64,000 nt of DNA from Eledone cirrhosa (taxonomy: Eukaryota). The notes below the pieces were generated by a model. It was not told the DNA's origin and ran no database searches. It saw only the letters and a list, made by a program, of their open reading frames with translations. The stretch is from NCBI GenBank assembly GCA_964016885.1, contig OZ024742.1, positions 52,142,001 through 52,206,000 on the forward strand. Direction: 5' to 3'. Numbering within the stretch: position 1 is the stretch's first letter; each line of letters opens with the position of its first letter. This document shows positions 54,689 to 64,000 of the stretch, one piece after another. The position numbers and the translations under genes are program-made.

Positions 54689-54689
<1 letters not shown>

Positions 54690-54766
<77 letters not shown>

Positions 54767-54821
54767 TATTTGTATACATATAAGTATTTGTATACATATA
54801 TATGTGTGTATGTGTGTGTGT

Positions 54822-54871
<50 letters not shown>

Positions 54872-54891
54872 ATGTGATATATATATATATT

Positions 54892-54936
<45 letters not shown>

Positions 54937-54950
54937 ACACATATATATAT
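54690..54950. repeat. Compound (TA)n/(TG)n microsatellite
   Basis: Visible runs. Confidence 0.95.
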
Positions 54951-55233
54951 ATTTGCGTGTGATTTTGATCTAAGAAATATTTGGATTACTTTCATCACAG
55001 CAAATTCAATTTCGTCAACGTAACAATGTATTCTTGTAATTGGTAACCAAGCACATTTACTCAGAAATGTAGGCTGACAGATAATTACATATAGCATATA
55101 TTCCACGTATAGACGGGGATGTCTATATATTTGTTAGATCTCTATTGATTTATGTATATGTGTGTAATGTGATAGATTTGTACATACACACACAAGACAC
55201 TCACACACATCCACAATTACACGCCAATACATA

Positions 55234-55240
55234 AAGATAG

Positions 55241-55308
<68 letters not shown>

Positions 55309-55378
55309 AGAAGAAGAAGAAGAAGAAGAAGAAGAAGAAGAAGAAGAAGAAGAAGAAGAAGAAGAAGAAGAAGAAGAA
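55234..55378. repeat. Compound (GATA)n(GA)n(GAA)n microsatellite
   Basis: Visible runs. Confidence 0.95.
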
Positions 55379-55432
55379 AATGTGATAGAGTTATTCCGAT
55401 ATGCCTGTATTCTTAAACACACACACACACAC

Positions 55433-55464
<32 letters not shown>

Positions 55465-55478
55465 ACATAAGCATACAT

Positions 55479-55514
<36 letters not shown>

Positions 55515-55517
<3 letters not shown>

Positions 55518-56215
55518 GCGATTTACTTGTCCCAATAGCTTTTTTTAGTTATTGCTCGCACCAACCTGAGGTATATGATTTTTAATGCGATGAAATAGCA
55601 ATGATGGTTGGCAAATCACTGACGAGGGACTAATTTTATCATATGTAACCCATGTGCAACCACGCAGTATTCTTCTTTCTTCTCATGTTTTTTATACATA
55701 TTTACCTCGGCTGCGCTTGTCTGTTTTGCTCTTACTGCTTCCCCGTTCTCTCTGTTTCTCTCACCTTCTTTCGCCCCCTCTGTCAGTTACCCTTTCTCTC
55801 GACTGACCTCTTCCTCGCACTTCCACTCACTCACTCTCTGTTTCTCCCCTTCTCACTTCCTCCCGTTTGGCTAGTAGTGGGGTCTTTTCTTGCTCACATC
55901 TCACTCACGTCAGACGGTCTGTATCTTGATAGCTCAAGAAATCCATCCAGCTTATGCTGACCGGATAACCATGTTGCTTGTTTATTTTCCTATCTTTGGT
56001 TTGCTTTTATCCTTCTATGTTGTTTACTTGTCTCACTCGCTTTACGCGATTTACTTGTCCCAATAGCTTTTTTTAGTTATTGCTCGCACCAACCCGAGGT
56101 ATATGATTTTTAATGCGATGAAATATCAATGATGGTTGGCAAATCACTGACGAGGGACTAATGTTATCATATTTAACCCATGTGCAACCACGCAGTGTTC
56201 TTCTTTCTTCTCATG

Positions 56216-56217
<2 letters not shown>
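55515..56217. repeat. ~173-bp direct repeats (55515-55688, 56043-56217) around a ~350-bp pyrimidine-rich spacer, within (TA)n
   Basis: tacgcgatttacttgtccc...ttctttcttctcatgtt is present twice. Confidence 0.88.
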
Positions 56218-56304
<87 letters not shown>

Positions 56305-56309
<5 letters not shown>

Positions 56310-56417
56310 GGAATAGAATGAAACGAAATTTCATTTCTCACTCTTGGTGCGGCCCTTACTTAAATGTAAGTATGTATGTATACGTACATTCATATATGTA
56401 TACAGACGTACAGTAGC

Positions 56418-56420
<3 letters not shown>
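56305..56420 (-). repeat. Fragment of the ~500-nt HHR repeat family
   Basis: atggaatagaatgaaacgaaatttcatttc..cagacgtacagtagcatg matches 59556-59668. Confidence 0.85.
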
Positions 56421-56459
<39 letters not shown>

Positions 56460-56550
56460 CGAAGGAAATGTGGTAAGGAACCAGGTGGACCATAACGCAC
56501 CAAAGTACTCAATACTTGAGGTAGTAGAGTGGGTAATAGGAACCAGTAAG

Positions 56551-56644
56551 ACCCCGACAGCTGAGCTCAAGCCGTTTCGACGGCTAATTCTGGACTAAAT
56601 GAAAATTTATCCTGGTATTTAAATAGCCGATCTGCTCAAGGGGT
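56551..56644 (-). ncRNA. U3-A8 hammerhead motif, core mutated (TTGAGCA)
   Basis: Reverse complement of 59003-59096 with one core substitution. Confidence 0.55.
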
Positions 56645-57741
56645 AATTCCATATATGGTCAAAATGATTGTCAAAAATCAGTAGTAATTCTGTGGTTGCA
56701 AATTAGTAGGGGAGATCGTGGCTAAACCTGCCAGTAGGAGAAAGAGGGGAGGGGTGGAGTAGACCCAATCAAGCGTTGGTAGTGCCAGCTACAGCTGGGC
56801 ATGAGGTCAAAGAAGATACAGGGGAGGGGGAGGGGGAGGAAGTCGGAACGGTAGGTAGAACAATGGGGGGGTAGAAATAGGAAAGAGAAAAAAATACTGA
56901 GAGTGAAGAAAAGCAAATAAGTGTAAAGAAAAAAGTAATGTAAATTAAATTCTACGACCTAGGTGTCAGGCTATAGTTAGGCTAGAATAAAATAAAGAAA
57001 GAAAGAAAGAAGTAAATAAATAAATAAATAAATAAATAACGAAATAAGTAAAAGAACTAGGTGGGACGGAAAAGGCAAGGACCCTTTTAAGAGGTATAAG
57101 TACGTAAATGATACGGTGACGGGTCAACAAAAGGGGCCAAAATACTAAAGAGACTACCACGAAATAAACAATAAAGGTTTCCATCCCGGGCCAGCAACGA
57201 CCCAGTGCAGCAAAGTGAACTTGTACGAGATAATAATTCTGAGTCCCGAGAAAAATATATACTAATGCTAACTCTAAAAGATCTAAAACAAGCTACATGA
57301 AAGTTCGTACGAAATAAAGGTAGAATATGGAGAAATAAATTCAGAATCCACCCCGCCCAGAAGAAAAGCGAAGCAAGAAATACTGAAACGAAAAAATAAG
57401 GCATAAGTGCCACTAAGGAATATAGAGGGCACAGAGAATAGTGGGAGCGGTCGGAAAAAGGGGGCAAGTATCCGTGGTCTAAGCCAACTGCTATAAAGGG
57501 CGGAGTCCGCCAAATCTATCATAGACTAGGGGAGGGGTGGTGGGGGTACTAAGGCTACATGGGGCCAAAGGGCAGCCTCGGGTGGGCGAGAAAAGACGCC
57601 GACAAAGGAGAAGAGCTGGGGTAGAAGGACAAGGGAGAGAGGGGGGAAGGAAATAAAGGAAGCGATAAAAGAATACAAAGAAGATCTTACGTCTTCCTTG
57701 GCAAGCAGGGGTTACCCATTGCAAAATCGGCAAGTGGGGTG

Positions 57742-58672
57742 TTATAGCCCTAGTCTACCCCCCGGGTCATTATGGGGTTTGAGGGCGAGGTAAGTCCTAC
57801 GCAATCTATGTTTACATGCAGTAACCAGTTCATCTTTCTTGTTTAGGAGTTGGTCCGTCGAAAACAGCATTTGTAAAGTTTCCTCCGAGCATAAATTGCA
57901 CGGACGGCGTCCTCCCGTGTAAGAATTGGCTCTGGACAGTAATCTCCAAGTGAGATCATAGGTGATGTTGTTGTCCTTGAGGTCCCATATGTGGCCCGAA
58001 AGTGTAGTGGCGTGACGCCGGGCCGGGTTTCGGAAGGTATGTCTATGTTGGTATAGCCGGGTCTTGAAGTCACATGCGGTAAGTCCTATATAGGCTTTGT
58101 TGGAGGTATCCGTCCTCACGTTGCACTGGTAGATCACATTACGGTCTCTGCATCTATTGTCGAGTGGGCAAATAGATCTATCCGGGCAGTTACACCTCCT
58201 GGTCGGTTCTCCACTGCTATTTAGGTTATTTCTGCCATCGGGGTTGAGTTTTTTGTTGTTAGAGGAGACGATGTTTTGTGCGAAGTTTGGTGTAGTGCTG
58301 TAAGAGAGTTTGATGGTATTTTTGTTAATTATGTTGTGGTAGCGGTGTTGTAATGGGAAGTGTTTTTCAATGAGCCTAAAGAATAGTTTCCCGATGGGAG
58401 TAGTCACCTCTGCGTTGTGGGGAGGATTGAACCATGTTACATTGCGTGAGCGGCGGTGTCTCCTGCTGGTTCCGCTAATGGGAGCTGGACAGTAGGATAT
58501 TTCCTCCCGGAAACCACTCCGCTTGAGGGCCTGGTTGTAATAAGGCGCATGTTCATCGAATATCCGCTCATTAGCTGACAAACGGGATATGCGGAGGGAG
58601 ATGTTTTTGACCAGGGTGTTTGTGATGTTCCTAGGATGGTTTGATCGGCGGTGGATGTAGTGCAGATTGTCA
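57742..58672 (-). CDS. PLE thumb, linker and GIY-YIG (open frame, no 5' end)
   Basis: Same motifs as the 40877 copy. Confidence 0.9.
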
Positions 58673-59002
58673 ATAGCCTGACACCTAGGTCGTAGAATTT
58701 AATTTACTTTACTTTTTTCTTTACACTTATTTGCTTTTCCTCACTCTCAGTATTTTTTTCTCTTTCCTATTTCTACCCCCCATTGTTCTACCTACCGTTC
58801 CGACTTCCTCCCCCTCCCCCTCCCCTGTATCTTCTTTGACCTCATGCCCAGCTATAGCTGGCACTACCAACGCTTGATTGGGTCTACTCCACCCCCTCCC
58901 CTCTTTCTCCTACTGGCAGGTTTAGCCACGATCTCCCCTACTAATTTGCAACCACAGAATTACTACTGATTTTTGACAATCACTTTGACCATATATGGAA
59001 TT

Positions 59003-59096
59003 ACCCCTTGAGAAGATCGGCTATTTAAATACCAGGATAAATTTTCATTTAGTCCAGAATTAGCCGTCGAAACGGCTTGAGCTCAGCTGTCGGGGT
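59003..59096 (+). ncRNA. U3-A8 variant hammerhead motif
   Basis: acccc-TTGAGAA-gatcggcta...tagccgtc-GAAA-cggcttgagctcagctg-TC-ggggt. Confidence 0.75.
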
Positions 59097-59108
59097 CTTA
59101 CTGGTTCC

Positions 59109-59240
<132 letters not shown>

Positions 59241-59390
59241 CAGGCACACATATATATATGTACGTATCAGTTTACCGAACATTTATTATAATGTTCGCTT
59301 TGTTCGTTTGTAAACAAACGGACAGCCTGATTTACGCCGTACAGTGTTCAGTCAACCACGTCATCTTTTTATTCAACACTGACACAGGAA

Positions 59391-59431
59391 CGATGTACTA
59401 GTTTCAAGCTTGTTAGCTATCGTCAGCACCG
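59391..59431 (-). ncRNA. Type I hammerhead ribozyme, intact motif
   Basis: cggtg-CTGACGA-tagctaacaagctt-GAAA-ctag-TA-catcg. Confidence 0.88.
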
Positions 59432-59672
59432 TATGCCCTTCTGATAGATGGTTGAACGTTCGAAAGTATATACTTTCCTTATGAAAATTAACGGCTAAGC
59501 AGCCTAATTTGCATATCGAGTGAGTTCAGTCGGCCAGGCGCACCGAAAACGATATATGGAATAGAATGAAACGAAATTTCATTTCTGACTCTTAGTTCGG
59601 CACTTACTTAAATGTAAGTATGTATGTATACGTACATACATATATGTATACAGACGTACAGTAGCATGTATT

Positions 59673-59730
<58 letters not shown>

Positions 59731-59956
59731 CATACAGGCACACATATATATATGTACGTATCAGTTTACCGAACATTTAATTAAGTGTCGTACTAAGAGT
59801 GAGAAATGAAATTTCGTTTCATTCTATTCTATTTATCGTTTTCGGTGCGCCTGGCCGACTGAACTCACTCGATATGCAAATTAGGCTGCTCAGCCGTTAA
59901 TTTTCATAAGGAAAGTATATACTTTCGAACGTTCAACCATCTGGCAGAAGGGTATA

Positions 59957-59997
59957 CGGTGCTGACGATAGCTAACAAGCTTGAAACTATTTCATCT
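59957..59997 (+). ncRNA. Hammerhead motif with mutated stem III
   Basis: cggtg-CTGACGA-tagctaacaagctt-GAAA-ctat-TT-catct. Confidence 0.6.
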
Positions 59998-60144
59998 TTC
60001 CTGTGTCAGTGTTGAACAAAAAGGTGACGTGGTTGCCTGAACACTGGACGGCGTAAATCAGGCTCTCCTTTTGTTTACAAACGAACAAAGCGAACATTAT
60101 AATAAATGTTCGGTAAACTGATACGTACATATATATGTGTGTGC

Positions 60145-60228
<84 letters not shown>

Positions 60229-60461
60229 GCTACTGTACGTCTGTATACATATATGTATGTACGTATACATACATACTTACATTTAAGTAAGTGCCGTCGT
60301 AGAGTGAGAAATGAAATTTCGTTTCATTCTGTTCCATTTATCGTTTTCGGTGCGGCTGGCCGACTGAACTCACTCGATATGCAAATTAGGCTGCTCAGCC
60401 GTTAATTTTCATAAGGAAAGTATATACTTTCGAACGTTCAACCATCTGGCAGAAGGGTATC

Positions 60462-60502
60462 CGGTGCTGACGATAGCTAACAAGCTTGAAACTAGTACAT
60501 CG
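60462..60502 (+). ncRNA. Type I hammerhead ribozyme, intact motif
   Basis: cggtg-CTGACGA-tagctaacaagctt-GAAA-ctag-TA-catcg. Confidence 0.88.
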
Positions 60503-60654
60503 TTCCTGTGTCAATGTTGAACAAAAAGGTGACGTGGTTGCCTGAACACTGTACGGAGTAAATCAGGCTGTCCGTTTGTTTACAAACGAACAAAGCGAAC
60601 ATTATAATAAATGTTCGGTAAACTGATACGTACATATAAATATATGTGTGCCTG

Positions 60655-60729
<75 letters not shown>

Positions 60730-60963
60730 GCTACTGTACGTCTGTATACATATATTTATGTACTTATACATACATACTTACATTTAAGTAAGTGCCGTAC
60801 TAAGAGTGAGAAATGAAATTTCGTTTCATTCTATTCCATTTATCGTTTTCGGTGCGCCTGGCCGACTGAACTCACTCGATATGCAAATTAGGCTGCTCAG
60901 CCGTTAATTTTCATAAGGAAAGTATATACTTTCGAACGTTCAACCATCTGGCAGAAGGGTATA

Positions 60964-61004
60964 CAGTGCTGACGATAACTAACAAGCTTGAAACTAGTAC
61001 ATCG
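60964..61004 (+). ncRNA. Hammerhead motif with single mismatches in stems I and II
   Basis: cagtg-CTGACGA-taactaacaagctt-GAAA-ctag-TA-catcg. Confidence 0.72.
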
Positions 61005-61151
61005 TTCCTGTGTCAGTGATGAACAAAAATGTGACGTGGTTGCCTGAACACTGTACGGCGTAAACAGGCTGTCCGTTTGTTTATAAACGAACAAAGCGAA
61101 CATTATAATAAATGTTCGGTAAATTGATACGTACATATATATGTGTGCCTG

Positions 61152-61208
<57 letters not shown>

Positions 61209-61326
61209 GCTTCTGTACGTCTGTATACATATATGTATGTACGTATACATACATACTTACATTTATATATATATATACATACCTACTTATATATAGGTTC
61301 GTATATATACATATATATATAAATAG

Positions 61327-62398
61327 TTAGAGAAGCAACAAATTGCTTATTGTGATCCAGTTCCTGACAATACATTTAAAGGCCGTTGGTATACACACCT
61401 TTACGCAATGAAACATTCCCAGCATTGTTATGTAATTACCCTTGCAAACAAGACCTGGCAACTGAGGGAAAGTAACCATCAATACACCCTGAAGTGGAAA
61501 CAAATTATCGAACGCGCCCCCATATCGGAGTGGTATGAGAAGCTGTCGATTATGCGACCTTGAGCTGTTCCACGTCTTGAGTTTGAAGAATAAGTTACTC
61601 AACAATAAAATCGAAATATCAATTTATTGTAACCAGAGACTCAAAGGGAAGTTTTCGCACTACAAATCGAACCCTTAACCTCTTACTACCAACTGACAAA
61701 CTGCATATACTTAGACTTTATACCCTCTTGTTGTATCTAAACCCTTTTAATTACCCACAAAACCAATACATATATCCCCCTCTTCTCCCTCATTCCTCTT
61801 CTATTTCTTAATTTCTTCCTTGCATCACTCCCCTTCTTGGCTATCTTTTCTTTTCTTCTTTCTCACCCCCTTCTTTGCGTTTATTTTTGTCAATATTATC
61901 TTTATCTTTATTTTATATATATATATTTATTTATCTCTTTATATCTCCCCACTCTCTCTCTCCCTCTCTATCCATCCCTCCCACTATGATCAATGTAATT
62001 CTCTTTAACTCACTACATTCCACGACATGAAGTCTGCTATCAAAACTGACCAAGGAATCCTTCCACCTGTACCCCTCCCTCCATCCCAGTTTGTCACTCT
62101 ACTTCCTACCTCTTCCCCCTTCCTCTCTATCTATACTATTCCGTTTGTCCCCTCACCTTCTGCTTTCTCTCTCTCTATACTAGTAAATACAATTCCAAAT
62201 AAATGTTTTCTCTATATATTAAGAATTATTTCAAGAGTAACATACTCACTATTTTAAAAATTTGGACTGTGAACAACAATTATAATTGAGTGGCTGCCAT
62301 TTGCAGTATAGTAATATAAGGTTACACTTACCAATGAAACGGTCGTAAATACCTGGATAAAATCCTTCTCTTAATGCTTACCTGTGTTTTCTCTTTTA

Positions 62399-62400
<2 letters not shown>
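61327..62400 (+). mobile_element. Decayed PLE 3' end (GIY-YIG fragment, UTR and degenerate HHR at 62250-62351)
   Basis: TFKGRWYTH..PYRSGMRSCRLCDLE..LLNNKIEISIYCNQR, then tatt-TTAAAAA-tttgg..ccaat-GAAA-cggtcg-TA-aata. Confidence 0.72.
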
Positions 62401-62433
<33 letters not shown>

Positions 62434-62443
62434 ATATATTTTA

Positions 62444-62718
<275 letters not shown>

Positions 62719-63544
62719 TAGAGGGGGAGATAGAGACAGAAACGTATACATATGTAGAAAAGTTCAAAATTATGAAAATACATAATGTACTTCTATACAT
62801 GTTTGAGCAAGTTTGGGGGTGTGTTGTTTCGTATACAAGCGTCGACTTGTAAACATTTGTGTGATATATGTGTCTCCGCAGACATATATACATGCATGTG
62901 TGTTAGTATCTACATCCACACATGTATGTTAGTATCTACATCCAGACACTTACGTATGCATATATACATGTACATTGTATATAAATCTCTGTTACGATGT
63001 CAAGTATTTAATAGAACATTGAAAGGAGAGATTGTGTGACATTCATATAGTCCTTGAAATAATAAGTGAAGAAACCTTACTTTAACTAGGAATGAAAACT
63101 GAGATATATACATAGTTTATATTTCAAACATATTAAATTTATGATCAGTTCATATATAGTTCCATAGTATCATCTGTCGCATACCTTGAAATACAAGACA
63201 ATACACATTGAATTTTTCTTTTACTTGGGCTTCTCTACATATTTTCATGAAAATTGTTATGGTGAGCTTTCCTTATGTTGTCTCGTCTTCATGAGATTAA
63301 ACGGACTTCTAGCTTTGCGGCTGTGTCTCAACACTTTACAGTCGAATTTCGTAAAAGTTATCGCAATTTCTAATCTGAGAGTGTCTTCCCTTCCCTTGCA
63401 CATCTCGCCAATGGAATTCCCCTTGTATTATTGCATTCCTGACCACTACAATTTGCAAATATTCCAAAGCTACGCCAATTGTTTTCTGCTCTCTCTCTCT
63501 CTCAATGTAGTATGTCATCAATATATATAAATATATATATATAC

Positions 63545-63583
<39 letters not shown>

Positions 63584-64000
63584 GGAGGTGAGTTTTATTG
63601 TAGTACAATAAAGCAATGCAGATATCGGATAAGAAGCACTCTACAGTTTGTGGGACTGGAGTATGCATAATATAAGATCAAAAGATGGTTAAAGGAGTTC
63701 AATATATTTTATTATGCGCATTTCAAAAACAAACATCATCAAACAATAATATTTGTGTTTTCATCAGATAAAACAGGAGAACATGATATGAAGGCTAAAA
63801 AAACACTTGTTGATAGTGCAGTTTTAAATCAACATATGAAAAGTGGTTTTAGATTGATGTGTGATATTGGGAAAAATATTTTATTTAGAGAGGGGGGGAG
63901 AGAAAAGGATGAAAAGGGAAGGAGATGAGAGGGAGAGATGGGTGATAGAGAGAAAGAGATAGTTTTTATAACAGAGAGGAGATATATTTTATATAGAGGG

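Larger units (their letters stand above)
56457..59108 (-). mobile_element. Second copy of 5'-truncated PLE with inverted arms (~56536-56974 vs 58673-59108)
   Basis: ORF nearly identical to 40877-41796; ~435-bp inverted repeat; (TA)n on both sides. Confidence 0.92.

Overview
AT-rich, microsatellite-dense eukaryotic non-genic DNA. The SINE family and repeat landscape suggest an octopus or other cephalopod genome (inference). I found no host protein-coding gene, rRNA, tRNA gene or CRISPR array, and most short ORFs in the track are microsatellite artefacts. The window is a retroelement graveyard containing: (i) several Penelope-like elements (PLEs; RT and/or GIY-YIG), including a near-full-length Naiad-like copy and three 5'-truncated copies with inverted terminal arms; (ii) a head-to-tail chain of four R4/Dong-type LINE pieces joined by (TAA)n; (iii) CRE- and RTE-type LINE fragments; (iv) about 20 copies of a tRNA-derived SINE; and (v) one hAT MITE. 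The most notable hidden layer is about 15 hammerhead-ribozyme (HHR) motifs from at least five sequence families, read by eye. These include a non-coding ~500-nt tandem repeat at 59.2-61.3 kb with one HHR per unit, an octamer motif and an internal (TA)n (retrozyme/circRNA-like), and a family with a covarying U3-A8 core. Element boundaries are approximate and no folding or database search was run.
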